A DNA stretch of 64,000 bases from Sphyrna mokarran (taxonomy: Eukaryota), in the NCBI GenBank assembly GCA_024679065.1, contig JAGIQG010000009.1, forward strand, positions 58,838,001 to 58,902,000, given 5' to 3'. How positions within the stretch are numbered: position 1 is the stretch's first letter; every line of letters begins with the position of its first letter. Under the pieces are notes generated by a model, which saw only the letters and a program-made list of their open reading frames with translations, was not told where the DNA came from and ran no database searches. Both the position numbers and the translations under genes were made by a program. Shown piece after piece: positions 1 through 14,200 of the stretch.

Positions 1-355
1 AAATTAACAAGAGGAATAGATCAGCTGGTCAATATCTTTTCCCAAAGGTAGGGGAGTCTAAAATTAGAGGGCATAGATTTAAGTAAGACAGGAGAGATAG
101 AGGGGGGTGCAAAGGGGCAATTTTTTCACACAGAGGGGCTAAATAATGCATCAAGCTGCCAGAGATCATAGTAGAGGTGGTTACAATTTTGTCTTTTAAA
201 AAGTCTCTGGACAATTACATGGATAAAATGGGTATAGAGGGATATGGGACAAATGCAGGCCGATATCCCTCTATATGGGATTTACTTAGTGATTTGAAGA
301 GGTGGCATGGACAAGTTGGGTTGAAGGGCCTGATTCCATGCTGTAAACCTCTGAC
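1..355 (+). mobile_element. CR1/HER1-type LINE 3' end fragment
   Basis: Degraded ORF2 C-terminus (LFPKVGESKIRGHRF-like, FFTQR-like) followed by the 3' tail gaagggcctgattccatgctgtaaacctct. Confidence 0.85.
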
Positions 356-779
356 TTGCAGAAGGGAAATGTTTAGATTGGGACAATTCAGATGTTCACT
401 AGGTTGCTTTCTAAAATGAAGGAATTGTCTTGTGAGGACATTTTGAGGAGGTTGGGCTTACACTCATTGTAAGAAATAACCTTATTGAAACATCGAAGAT
501 TCTGAGGGAATTTAACAGCCGAGATGCTGAGAAGATGGTGGAAATTTAAAACTAGGGACATTGTTTTAAAAGAACAGACCATCCATTCAGGACAGAGAAA
601 AGGCGGAGTTTCTTCTCAGAGGGTCATGAATCTTTGGAATTTCATACACTACTGAGTTACTTGTTGAATTTATTCAAGGCTGAATTAGATTTTTGAAGCA
701 TTGTGGAACCAAAGGTTATGGGAACATATGCAGGCAAGAGGAACTGAGACCAAAGTCAAACATGATCTTATTGAATGAC

Positions 780-1125
780 CCCTTTAAAGTCTTCACATCC
801 TTCTTAAAAAGTGTGTCCAGAATTACATACAGTACTCCAAGTTGAGGCTGAACCAATGTTTCTCGGCTTTTGTACTTAATGCCTCTACTTATAAAGCCCG
901 TGATCCTGTATGCATTTTTTGCCACTTTCTCAACTTGGCTTGTCATCTTCAACAATTTGTGCATGTATATCGAATTTTCCTGTTCCTGAACACCCATTAG
1001 AATTCCACTCGTTATATTACGTCTCCTCCTCCTTCCTGCCTAAATGTGTCATTTCACACTTCTCTGCATTAAATTTGATCTGGAAAGTGTCCACCTATTC
1101 CACCAGCCAAACCACGTCCTCTTGA
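780..1125 (-). mobile_element. CR1 LINE RT fragment, degraded
   Basis: Minus ORF 716..997 shows GFISRGIKYKSRE..LVQPQL..KKDV, a CR1 RT C-terminal signature. Confidence 0.8.
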
Positions 1126-1261
1126 AGTCCCACCTGGAGAAAATGGTTAAAAAGTCATACATGGCTCTATAAATAGAGGAAATAAGTACAAAAGCTTGGA
1201 AATAATATAAATCTTTGTACAACATTAGTCCAAGTTGAAACTAAACAACTGTGTCTAATTA

Positions 1262-1393
1262 TGTGTCTTTATATGCTTTTCTCTGAACGGAACTTTGCAC
1301 ACACCTGACAAAGGATCACCGTTTCCGAAAGCTAGTGGGATACTATCAGATAAACTGGTTGGATTTAAACCTGGTGTTGTGAGATTTCTTACT
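1262..1393 (+). mobile_element. Penelope-like element pseudo-LTR fragment with decayed hammerhead core
   Basis: cacCTGACAAaGGAtcaccgttTCCGAAAgctagtgg...aataaac-like...acctggtgttgtgagatttcttact; homologous to the inverted copy at 46601-46712. Confidence 0.7.
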
Positions 1394-4309
1394 CTAATTA
1401 CAGGGACAGGAAAATGGAGTTAAGGCCACAATCAGATTAGCCATTATCCAGCAGGATAGAGGGGCCTCTTTCTTATAATCTTATAACAGAATGTCATGCT
1501 GAGAGTTAGATGAAGAGGAATGAGAGGCAACACCCCTGGAGCACAAACACCTGCATAAACTAGTTGAACCAAATGACTTGTTCCTCTGCTGTGCATTCTA
1601 GGTAATTCATCCTAACTGTATTGAGGATTCACAAAATAATACTAAGCTTTACTTGACCAGCAATTTACATGCACAGAAATAAAGATAAATAAATAATATA
1701 ACACTTTTACCCAAATCATTGGGATGCAAGAATAGTGTAGTTTCATATAAAAAAATTCCCTCTTACCTGTACTGTACAGTTATGAGCACAGAACTCAGAG
1801 TAGAGAACATCAAGACACAGACTGAACAACCATCCTTACCCATTGATTTTAAGTGGAAATTTTTTTGCTTTCTCTCCAACCCACAATGAACTGTCAAATT
1901 AATGTACCTAATACGCGACAGAAAATGCTAATATCATTTTGCTTCGCTATAGCAGATTGCACATTTAAAAAGGTAAATTCACTTCAATGTAACATTAAAA
2001 CATTTCTAGACAACTCAGTATTCTGTGCTTGTCAGTTTGTTTGAAATAATTTGCTGTCAAACCCAATTTACCTTCAAAAAGCAACTCTAAGTGTTACATA
2101 AAGACTTTGACTCACTCCAGCTAAGAGCATTAATTACACAACTGCAGCGTGCACACTGTTTAAAATGTCAGTCATCAGTATGCAGCAACTTACATTACAC
2201 AATGACATTTGAAAGCAAATGTTGGAGTAGAATTAGGTGGATGATACTCTTAAGTATCACAAATCCACCTGTATTAAAGTTTTATTAGGAAAGCTTTGTT
2301 CACATTTAATATGTTATACAAAAAGCAGATTTAATCAGTGACTGCAAATTAATATTGAAAGCATATGCTATTAATCACCCAACCATCAGAACTACTATGT
2401 GAAAATAAATGGAAAAAAATTGACAAAATTGCATGTTCCTTTCATATCATGTAATAATCAGGATTTTTGAACGTTCACATTTATGCAGCTTGGATGCAAC
2501 TAATCCTATTTTACTCGAATAGTTCTTAGTAGTAAATTGTTTGAGGTTAAAGCACAATGCAACACACCATCCAGCCCACACCCTTAAATGTATTTGTAAT
2601 TAGCTGTGGGCATAACAACATAAACAGGCCTCTTTTCTCATCCTTCCAACTCTCATATTACTGAACTAATATTTTTAATTTATCTCCCAGTCTAAGGTTT
2701 GATTTAAAAATCTATCAATATCAGCCAACTTCCAAACTGCTTTATTGATGCTTGAATTATGAAATGAAATGGAAGCAAGATCTTTCAGTAACAATCCAGT
2801 GGATCCATTAAACCAGATAGAAGGGTGGTGAGAAGCATTAGTGCTGACGTGAACTGTTCGAGTTGAAGAGCTTGTTTCCTATTCTTCGCAATCAATTCCT
2901 TTTACCAGTCTTCTTGGCATTCTCAATTTCTGCTCTCCAAAGATGCCTTTAATTATCTATTGAATAAGTTCACAATGTGCCCTTCAGTATATTTCACTGG
3001 TAAGATATTCTACAGCCATCACCACTACCACGCGGTTCACTACGCCTGTTATTTTACCATTTTTGCACAAGAACAATTTAGCTGGAAAATTTGTAATTAC
3101 AAATCACACATTTCCAGTTTATGAATCTCTGGCCCAGCATCTTATCCTAGACAGACAAGACTGAAACAATTAGGATCACAGAAAGATTTATGGGTCTTTA
3201 TAAAGTACATCCTATGTTGTATTCGACCACCTGCATAGCTTCAAAACCTTATAAGAAAGCCAAAGTGCTGCAATGCTAATATCTGCTGCCAGTAAAGATC
3301 AGGATGTGAGCAAAGAGCTAATTACAGGAATTGAAGCAACCGTCTCAAATCTCAGCAGGGTAATTAACCTTTTTTTTGAATACACTACCAAATATTTTAA
3401 AACACCACAGGTTTCTTTTATATTTATTTTTAAACACAGAGGAACGTTCAAACATCTGACAACTGAAAACAGTCCAACTATTTGGAAATCATATTTTGTG
3501 ACCACCTAGATATATTTCCAATATTTAGCATGAGAAACAAGGGTATTTAATGGTTGCAATTAGTAAGATACAGGACAAATTGGCTCTTGAACTCATTTGT
3601 GTTCTTTCTACAAGATGATTTAATAGCAACTTGATGAACAGATGAGATATGCATTTAGGGTGGGACTCACTGATTCGACTATTTTAATGCTTTGATATAA
3701 TTTTAAGCACATTTTAATTAATGTTAAATTTGATAACTTTTTTATTGTTTTACAATTATATGTTTTTTAATAAATAAATGAATAATGTACTCAAAATGAA
3801 TTTCCATATAGACAATAAAGTGAATTTGATTGATTAGTAAATTCAGAGAAAATAATAGCACTAGTTCTAAAAAATTAGGTTACTTCTATACAACATATTG
3901 GTGATTTCTTTCAACAAAGGCAATTCAACACTAATCATGCTTTAATAATTTAGGAATATTATTTGTGCTAGAACCATTAATCACACATTAGGACAAAAAG
4001 AATTCTTAAATGCCTCATGACAGTGTTAAATATCAATGTTAACTATATGTTAGAAACATATATTTGATCTAAATACTTATTTCCCCCATCCCCCAAAGCT
4101 TTTGAGTGATGTACCAAAGGTAATTTGAAGGAGCTGCCAGACATCCAAGACAGAGACAGACAGGCTGACAACTGATACATTATACTTAACAGCTTGCATG
4201 AGTCATTTTCACAATTTTCATAAAATAATTTTTTTTGTTAACATTTTCTAGTATCTCAAACTCCCTCAGTTAGCTTCAGTCTGAATAAAAATCTGTGAAC
4301 ATTTATCAT

Positions 4310-4500
4310 TCTGTCACTCACTGTCTGTGGGTCAAGTGTCTGTGGAACTCCTTGACAGCAATGTGGATGTTCATACACCAGATGGAATGCAGCAGTTCAA
4401 GGTGGTGGCTCACCACCACTTTCTTGAGGGTAATTAGGGATGGGCAATAAATTCTGACCTTGTCAGTAATGCACACATCTCACAAAATGATAAAAAATGC
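4310..4500 (+). mobile_element. CR1-clade LINE 3' tail fragment
   Basis: gcagcagttcaaggtggtggctcaccaccac...attagggatgggcaataaa tail, repeated at about 15310, 43860, 45360 and 60480. Confidence 0.75.
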
Positions 4501-5529
4501 AGTCAGCTCTGCCAACTGTGAATTATTTAATAATTACCAGTTAAAAAAATCTTCAAATTTGTCCAGTGTAGAGGTCCCAGGGTTGATTACCATTTTGTGC
4601 AGAGCTAACTAATCTCAACCTGGGTTTCAATTGAATGGCTACAATAGAGTTCGGAATCTCTAGGTTAGGAAAATTTGGTAAGACTAAACTGCAATGCCAC
4701 CAGCAATTGATTGCAGATTTGTTCACAAGCTCCAGCACACTGAATGCCTGATTATCTTAAGAACAGCATGAATGAAGGACATGGAGATCATTGTCAATCC
4801 TTTGTAAACCAAAGAAGCATGGAGTAATGAGGAAAGGGTAAAAGAAAAGGAAATATGATATGGTATTTCTAAATAGTCAAAAATTCAAAATATTACACAA
4901 CTTAAAAACATTGAAAATATTTCTCCCCTCTTTTAAATGTTAGATTTTCAACAATTAGATTTTCAGAGAAAGATGGGCATCATCCAATGGCAGCACTGTT
5001 TTAATACAAACTCCTTTGCTATATTCATAGATATAAAACAAAGCAAATTTTTTGATTAGCATCAAGACCAACACCAAAAAAATGTCAACTCAATTATTTC
5101 ATTTCTAATAATAGCATTTCAAACTGGAACATCTTGGTTTTGGCACTCTTTTCTTTGATCGGAAGCTGTTGTAATACTCCAAATCAGCATAATCTAATTA
5201 CTTGTTCTTTTTTTCCCCTCAGTGTCTCCCTTCCAAGAATGGCAGCATTCCACTTGATTAGACTGTGGGTTGATTCCACTCGTCAACTAAAGTTCCCCAC
5301 CAAAATTAAGCAGATATTAGGCTGGCTATGGAAAAGGCAATCATCCATTTACTTAACATTTAAAATGTGTACCAAATTTCACCAACTACACTATTCACAG
5401 ATTCCTGGTTTTGATTGGTTGCAAATCACTTTACAACAGGTATTCCACTGGAAATTGCAAGAAGAATGCTTTATCTCATTGTTACAAAATTAAATCATCC
5501 CATATGGCAATGTGCAGTCAACAGAAGAA

Positions 5530-6290
5530 CAAATAGAAGAAAAAACTAGGAGCAACAGTGAGGCTATTTGGCCTCACTAATTCGTTCTACAATTCAATAA
5601 GATATTGACTGATCAGATTGTGGCCTTAAAGTCACCTTCATGCCCCCATAATCTTAAATCCCTTGTAGATCAAAAATCTAACCCGGTCTTGAATATATTC
5701 AATGACCTAATGTCCACTGTTCGGAGATAAAATCTTCCAATTAACATCCCTCAGTAGAAAAACATGCCTTACCCAAATTAAATGGGAGATCTCCCTCCCC
5801 CAGGTCCCAAGGGGGAAATTCTTTTTACCTGCCAAGTCCCTTCTCAAACTTCTTTCTTTTAGTAAGGTCACCTTTAATTTTTCTAAACTGCAATGAGTAC
5901 AGGTCCAACCTGCTCAACTTTGCCATTTACAGCAACCCCTTTGTTCCTGAAATCAACCTTGACTGTTTTTGAACTGCCCCTTTGCTAGTATATTTCTCCT
6001 TAAATAGGGAAACCAAAATTGTATCCAGTACTCTAGATATGATCTCACCCAATGCGTTTTACAATTGCAGCAAGATTTCTCTCCTTTTCTATTTCAACCC
6101 TTTGCTGTAAAGGCCAACATTTCATTTGTCTTTCCAATTACTTGCCATGCCTACATGCTAATGTTTTGAGATTTATGTACAAATTATATTCTGCTTTTCT
6201 GTTCTTCCCAAAGTGCATGTCATCACATTTTCCTACATGACACTTCATCCGCCAAACGTTTGCTCACTCAGTCAATCTATGTCCCTTTTC
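5530..6290 (-). mobile_element. Old CR1 LINE 3' fragment
   Basis: Reverse complement of CR1 tail and RT C-terminus; similar to 7610-8400. Confidence 0.7.
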
Positions 6291-7609
6291 AGATTTGGCA
6301 TCAATGAAAAACAAATAAGTTCCCACACTATGTCAGCCCTTTCCCTGTCCACCTTTTTTTGGTTTCATCGTTTTCATGCATTTGACTTTCTGGCTTTCCT
6401 TCATATTTATTTCTTTTATGCAGCTTAGAACTTTCTTTGCATCCTACACTTATTATTTAAACTCTGTTGTTACAAAACAACATACTGGAAGTATTTATTT
6501 GCTACTTTGCCCTCTACTGCTTTTATTTTATTTTCTGATTTCTTCAGTCTGTCTTCCAGCTTCATGATGCATTTTCATTAACTGCTTGAATGAATACAAT
6601 ATACATATAATCAGTAAAGTTGCTGTACGATTTAATCAAATGGTGCTTGAAGAAGAATGCATTGACAACTGGAGTTCTATTTTGGAATGCATTATTCTGA
6701 GGTCCACTTTACGGTAAAGTCTTATTCACTTCTCATTCTTTTTCCACCTCTATTTCTTTTTGGCAAGGTTGTCACATAACCTTCTTAAGGTTGATGTATC
6801 TTTGTATCCTAAGAGATTTCATCCATGTGTTCACTCTGGTGAGGCTTTTCACCTAATACCAAGAGATTTTACAAGTTACAAAAAGTATTAGGAGACAGTA
6901 AATGACAGAAGACTGGTTCATAAATCAGTAACTGGCCAAAGATTCAAGATTATTACAAGAACAATGAAGGCAGACAAAAGCACTTTCTTTTTAAGTAAAT
7001 CATGAAATATTTCATGACAAGTGGTTACTGAGGCAGCAGTCATAACGTCCCTTAAAAATTAATTAGATTTGAGAAGGAATAATAAAGCTATAAGAAAAAA
7101 ACCTGGAAAAGGATCAACAATAAATGCTTCATGTGAAATACATAAATATCAACATGGACTAAATTCCCTTGCAAAAATCTTTACCTATTTCACTTGAGAG
7201 ATAGGAGGCTGGAATGTCAGTCAAAACTTGAATACAAATAGCAAATGGTACTGAAACTGATTAAAAGTCCATTTAGTCTGCTTTCTTTCCCAAATTTCTG
7301 TAGTCACCAACTTGCTGTAAATTCTTCCTCCCCATTCACTTCAATTGCTATTCCCATTCAAAAGAATAAGTTTCCCCAATTTGGTTAGGATCTGTTAGTT
7401 CAAGTCCCAGTATTTTATTGTTGAATTTTATACTCCAGGTAAAAATGTTAATGCTTAAAAATGGAATACTATTCTATCTCAGCCAACCAGCATCAACAAA
7501 CACTCCAACATCATGCTGGTGGAAAAAAGGCAAGGCCAAATGCATTTTTACATGGCATAACTGATCTCTCAAACATTTCAAAAGCTTCACATCAAAAAAG
7601 CTATTTACA

Positions 7610-9115
7610 ATTCAAGAAATAGTAGATGACCAATCACTCCTTCTAACCTGCTTTGTCATTCAATAACATTGCCAATCTGATTGTGACCTTAACTCTATCC
7701 TGACCCACAACTCTCTTGTAACCAAAAACCTGTCTGACTCAACTTTTAATATATTTAGTGACCCAGTCTCCACTGTTCTCAGAGAATTCCACTCCTCTCA
7801 AGAGAAAGTATTAAATGGGAGACTGCTTATTTTTGAAACAGTCACTCCCTTGTTTTAGTCTGTCCCAATGGAAAATGATCTTTCAGGATCTATCCTGTCA
7901 AGTCTCTTCAATAATTTCATCTCTCATTCTTCTAAACTCCAATGGATGCAGGCTCAACATGCACGACCTTTCCTTATAAGATGACCCCCTCACTTAAGGA
8001 ATCACTTAGTGAATCTTCTCTTAACCTTTTAACATAAGTAAATACCTTGTGACCAAAACTGCATACAGTATGCTGGGTGAACTCTCTCCAAGGCGTTGTA
8101 CAGCTTGAACAACCCTTTTCTATTTTTATACTTTATTTTCCCTGTAATAAAGACCAACATTCCATTTGCCTTCCTAATCATTGCACACTAGCTTTCTATT
8201 TTATACCAGGGCACCCAGATCCCTCAGTACCACAGACTTGAGTAATCGCTCCTCATTTAAATAATTATTATTTAAATAATATTTTGCTTTTCTATTTCTC
8301 CTGCCAAATGGACAAGCTTATGCAAATTATACTACATCAGCCAGATTTTTGTCCCATCGCTTCACTTATCTATACCACTTTGCAGAATGTTGTATTCCCC
8401 TCACAACTTGAGTTCCTACCTTTGTGTTAATAACAAATTTAGCTACCATACACTCAACACCTGCTTCTGAGTCACTAACATAAATTGGAAACACTTGACA
8501 CTCCAGCACTGATTTCTTTGGAAGTCCATTGGTTACAACCTTAAAATGACCCATATACATCAACTCTTTACTTCCAGTTAGCTATTCAACACTCTGTCCA
8601 TGCCAATGTTATCTCCAATATGAGCTCTTACCTTGGGCAATAGGCTTTTATTGGCACCTTGTCAAATGCCTTATAGAAATCCAAACATACATCTACAGTT
8701 TCCCCATTTTTCACTCTGCTCGTTACTTCCTCAAAGAACTCTAATAAATTAGTCAAATATCACTTTCAAAAAAATCATGTTAACTCTAAATGTCTTGTTA
8801 TTACCTCCTTAATAATGGATTCCCAATGACAGGTGTTAGACTAGTTGGCCTGTAATTTCCTGTTTTCTGGCTCCCTCCTTTTTTGAACAGGGGTGTTACA
8901 TTTACTGTTTTGCAATCTGCTGGGACCTTTCCAAAACATAGGGAACATTAGAAGATTACCAACTAATGTAACTACTATTCCTGCAGCGACTTCTTTCAAA
9001 ATGCTGGGATGCCAGTTATCATTTCTCATGATTAATTCTTCAGTCCTACCTTTAAGGGACTAACCTTTAGTTACTCTCTTCATTTTCATATCCTTATAGA
9101 AACACTCACTGTCAT
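7610..9115 (-). mobile_element. Old CR1 LINE ORF2 (RT) fragment
   Basis: Minus frames give MVAKFVINTKVG (KFADDTK motif decayed), HPSILKEVAAGIV and DFYKAFDKVP-like sequence. Confidence 0.8.
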
Positions 9116-9739
9116 AATGTTTGTTTTTTTCATTTCTAGCTAGCCTTTTCTCTTCTTTGGTCATTCCTTGCCATTCTGCCTGTCCCACTCAACTCCATCC
9201 CCTGCTATATCAATGTGAGATCTCCATTTCCTTGGGAGCACCAATGCTGCCTTTAATTCATGCAATATAAGTGACAGACTCAACCCACTACAATTGAGAT
9301 GAAGCTTCACAAACTCATTTCAGCATAACCAGCAGACAGGAAATGTTTTGATTAGATAATCTTGGTCTGGATTCAAATTTTGGCTACGCAGGTAAAATGG
9401 CACTGTGCTGATCTGACTTACTGTGCATCCAGAAAGTTTTATCTATGCATTCTCCACAGCTTCCTGTTTTCATTCTTCGCCCTGTTCAGGCGAAAATTCT
9501 AGAGTTTTTGCTGCTGTGACATTACAGGCAAGTGTGAACATTACATTTCAAATGTGTCCAGCTCTGTCACGGACTACTGCATTCTATTTTTCTGCACAAT
9601 ATAGAAGAGAATGTATTTCAATGGCAACTTTAATTTTGCTAAAGCATTTTTAAGAAGAACAGATTTTTTTTAAAATACTTTTTTTTAAACCAATCCTTAA
9701 AGTAGCAAATGGTCAACAAGTTAGCAGAAATGAATCAAA

Positions 9740-11179
9740 ATTAAGTTTTACGTTTATATTTATTACAGCGTTGGAGAAAAGAACCGTTTCATTCAAAACC
9801 ATCCCAATGAAGACAATAATTTAGCGAATTTGTAAAATTACATTTGCCAGACTTGTCTTTTTTTTTCTCAGTTTAAAATGCACGATTTCCTGGAGACCGA
9901 AATCTACAGTAAAACACCAAAATTTCATCAGTATGTTCCAATCTGACTGCAAATAGGAGATTTACATACTCGTTCAGCAACTCTACAGCTAAACACAGTT
10001 AGAATGATTTTAAACACATCTAAAAAGGCAATTCATTTAGAAAGATCTTGCTATTCCCCCGACCCCCACCACCCCCCAAAAAAACAAAAACAAAGTATGG
10101 TAACATCCCATAACCTGCAGTCAGCACAATAAACACAGTTGACGTTCCTGAAAACTCTGTAAAGGGGTGCAGAAAAAACATCCCTCAATAAAACATTAGC
10201 AACAAATATTGAACACAAAACTACAATGTAGAATTTTTTCTTTTTTATAACCAGACTACAAGGTAAGAAACACAGAACAGCTACAATGTTATCAAGAATC
10301 AGCACAAGGGTTGTCCAGGCAAGATAATATTTTACATAACTTGATACACATTGTATAGAAGTGGGTTTAAACAAAAGACCATCTACAGGTAGTGTGTAAC
10401 TGTACAGAGATCCCAGCACGATTGTAGTGCCACTAAAACGGTTTATTTTCCTCTCTTTCAATCACGTGTCTGCAGTTGTCTCTTTCTTGCGTACAGAGTT
10501 TTCCTCTGGATCGATAAAGGTAACAGAGGACTGAACCAATCCAGATTCGAGGTGTGAATGTACATGTGGGCGCAGGGAGGGGAGGATAGCGGGAGTTGGG
10601 GAAAGATATACAATCCTCGCAATCTGCAACCCACTGCGTAAATCATCGTTCAGCTACACAGGTATGGAACAAGCCACTGATTAACACCTTGCAACTGGAG
10701 GGGAGGGCTCACAGAAGCAAGAAAAAATAATCTGCGCCACCAAAAAAAGGGTCTTCGAAAGTAAACCACATTGTGTAAACGTCCCAGATAAAATGGCTAC
10801 AATATGGACAACATCGGATCTTATACCTAGACTAGCGCCTTATTCAGTTCAGCACAAAAATACACGGGTTCAAAGGATGAAGCAGAGGAGGTCTGTTCGG
10901 GTGCTAGAGGCGTTTACATTTTTTCTTTGCTTCAAAAAGATGCGATGTGTAACGTACAGTCCTTCCAGGAGAAGGGTTTTATGTCTTGAATCTTTTTTTT
11001 TGTCCTTCATGTTTATGGAATAAAAGAAGTTCAGCCTTTTTATTGCGTGAAACTCAAAATTGGGGTTTTGCCCCCAGTTCCTCGTCAACACGTTGAACTG
11101 CTTCTTGCATACGTTCTTTAATCTTCCAGAGGGCAGCCGTCTCGTCATTCTGGTCCTGGAGAAGGGGGAAGGGGAAAAA
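9740..11179 (-). other. SSBP3: SSBP3 3'UTR (end approximate)
   Basis: Repeat-free, relatively CpG-retaining, U-rich (sense) stretch after the stop. AATAAA on minus at 11039-11044, 10442-10447 and 9759-9764; the last is followed by U/GU-rich sequence. Confidence 0.7.
9759..9764 (-). terminator. Probable distal polyadenylation signal AATAAA of SSBP3
   Basis: tttatt on plus; downstream (minus) TTAATTTTGATTCATTTCTGCTAACTTGTTG U-rich element. Confidence 0.55.
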
Positions 11180-11209
11180 TCACACGCTCATCGTCATGCT
11201 GGGGGAATA
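11180..11209 (-). CDS. SSBP3: SSBP3 exon 18 coding part (YSPSMTMSV*)
   Basis: tttcag|TATTCCCCCAGCATGACGATGAGCGTGTGA; family-typical C-terminus and TGA stop. Confidence 0.96.
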   Translation of the reverse strand, partial: YSPSMTMSV

Positions 11210-14200
11210 CTGAAAGAAAGTGACAAAGATTACATGGGTTGGAACCATACATCTCATACCAGACCAATTCAGAAATTCTGGGTTCTACTAAACATGGCAG
11301 ATCTGTAAATATAGTCTGAGAGACTGGCTATTCAGCCCTTACACTCCAATACAATTATTAAATTCCAGCTGCTGTGGAGGTGGAGGGGCCATATCTCCCT
11401 CATTTAAAGACATAGTTTCCTCTCTCTTTGACACAGAGAGAAAGCTGAGCAACCAAGTTTTAGGCCTCCACCAATGTGCAGCAGGAATGCCAAGTTAGTT
11501 GCATGTAAGTAACTCAACTTTCCCATAACACTAACCCCATCCTCCATTCCTTTTCTCTATCTCTAATCTCCCCCTGAACCAAAGCTGGATTCCACTCCCT
11601 GAAAGGAGCAGCTTTAAATCAGCACTTAAGTACAATTTTAATAAAACATTTAGCTCTTCAATTTCTGAGGCCTAATAATCACTTACTTTTAATTGAGGTT
11701 TTTCTCTTCAGTTGACTGTTTTTGTGAATGTACTCATTTTTAACTACAGTTAAGTGATACCCAGCTTAGGCACACAGTTTGTAATCCAGTATTAATGGAA
11801 GAAGGGAAAACAGCAATTATCAGTTCCATTTTTCTTCCCAAGGGTAATGACTCAGTGCTTTGGTCCTTTGGGTACTGACTTTGCATCAGCATTTTATTAA
11901 GTTACTGGGAGAAGTGAGACATACTGGGGATTCTTTCCATTAGAATAAAAAAAGGCTAAGAGGAAATCTGCTCAAAGTAGAATAGTTTTAGATAAAGTAA
12001 ATTAGGAAAACCATTGTCAGTGGTCAGTGAGGGAAAGATCACAGTGGTTGAAACCATCCATTTTAGTTAAATTCTAATTATGACCAACTTGCAAATCAAA
12101 TTTGGTGTTGCCCGAAGATTAAGACACATGTTACTTGTCAAAGCAAATCCACTTTATTTTTTTTAAAAAAAAGGGAAGTGGCTAAATATTTGGAAAAAGA
12201 CAAAAACATAAAAAAGGATATGGGAATGACTGGGTGTTTCTTGGACAGCGTGGACACACTCAATAGGCCAAATAGTAGTCTTCTGTTCTGGAAAATTCTA
12301 TGCTCTATTCAGTGGCGATAGGACATCAAAGCCAAGTCCAATTCTCATGGCCACAATCATATTTCCTCTCCTCTAACCTGGGATTCCAGGGAAGACTGTA
12401 AGCTCTCCTTTTGCCAGTTTTCCACCTCTGCACAGAAGGAAAAATTAAATCTAAGTCTTTCCTGCTCTCAACTGCTCAGTTTTACGTTTTCAGTTGAAAG
12501 AATTTTATATTGGGCACAGAGTCAAGAAGTGCTCAAGGAGACAAATGCTTTGTTAATTCTATCATCTCTATTATAGACAGTTTTTTGCAAACCCAGGTAC
12601 AATAGGTATAATCAACCCTCAAATACTGTCACCTTGTAACTTAAAAGGTATGCATTTTAACAAATATGTCAGGTAAGGAAATCTGGGTGATAACAAAACT
12701 TTTGTCTTGCTTCACAATAACACTAAACAGAATCTGCCATGGTTATTTGAAAGTATTCTTCTTTGACATTCACATATACTCACATTATCATTTTGGAAGG
12801 AGTGAAGAAAATTGCCTCCTAATTCACCGTCATCCCTTGGAGTGCCTGGAGGATTAGTAATGCTGCTCATATTGTTGGGAGAGTTCTAGAAATTAAATAA
12901 TTTCATTGTCAGTAAAAGAAGAGCAATTTTCCTCTGCAAAGATACAACCAGCGTATCAACTATCTCAAGCAAGCCCAAATCTAGAATTGCTAAATGACAG
13001 CTTTACATTTCAGTTACTGGCACATTGTTAAGTTCTAAATTTATGACTTTGACATGGTATATGTTGCTCCTACTATTTTCAATGTATTGGTCTCTATTGA
13101 CAAGATCTTAATCTTATTACATGGTGCACTAGCTGAGAGAGAACAACGCAATTCAACATTCTGGACAGGTTTATGTTGTAAAGAATAAATAAAAATATAT
13201 CTCAGTGGGTAGACTTTTAAAAATTTATTACTGGATTACAATCGCAATTTTTGGCCTGTGAGTTGTGATACATGGAGTCCCTGGATTTCCATTCCCACAG
13301 GATGGTCCAAAGAGACAAAAAGAAAATCCAGAAAACTACTGATAGAATAAAGCTGAAATAAAAACAAAAAAAAAAATGCTGGGAACATTCAGCATTCCGT
13401 CAGTATCTATGGAGAGAGGAAGGTAGGGCTGGCATTATAAGTTGATGATTTTTCGTTAAAACTGGAAGGTTATATAGGATAAATAGTACAGAAACAGGCC
13501 GTTTGGCCCAACTAGTCCATACGGTGCTTATACTCCACCCAAGTCTCACATCATTTCTCATCTTTTTCTACCATTGTGGCTATCTATTTCTCTCCCATGC
13601 ATGTTGCCAGTATCTCCTTAACTGCATCTGCACTATTCCTTCAGCAGTAGCAAATTCCACATTTTTACCACTCTTCGGATAAAGGTCTGAATTTCCTACT
13701 GGATTTCTTGTTGAATATTTTATGTTGATGGTCTCTGCATATGTTCTTGCCCACAAGGGGAAACATCTCCATTAGAAGAGCTAATCTAGTCTATCAATTC
13801 TATCAATTCTTCTTCAATATGTACACCCATGCATTTCTGGTATCATTCTTGTAAATCCTTTTTGTACATTCACAAGTAGTTTCCTATTCTTTTTATAACA
13901 TGGTGACCAGAACCACACACTGGACTCTCAATATTGTCTAAGGAAGATTTGATACAGGTTTAGCATAACTTCCCTACTTTTCAATTTTGCTATTTTAGAA
14001 ATAAACTATGATCTTGCTAACTTATGGCACAATGTTTAGCAATTAATGCATTTTTCTTTACCTCACCTAAACTTGCACTTTCCAAGTAATAAATTACCTC
14101 CCTATTCTTCCTTCAAAACATACCACCTCTCACATTTATGTGTTGAACTTCATTTGCTAATTATTCACCCATTTTGCAGGTTCATTATGTTCTAATGCAA

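Noticed and set aside
10051-11308. ORFs of 60-136 aa in the SSBP3 3'UTR region
   Set aside because: Low-complexity U-rich UTR read-throughs with no recognisable domain, mostly non-ATG starts.
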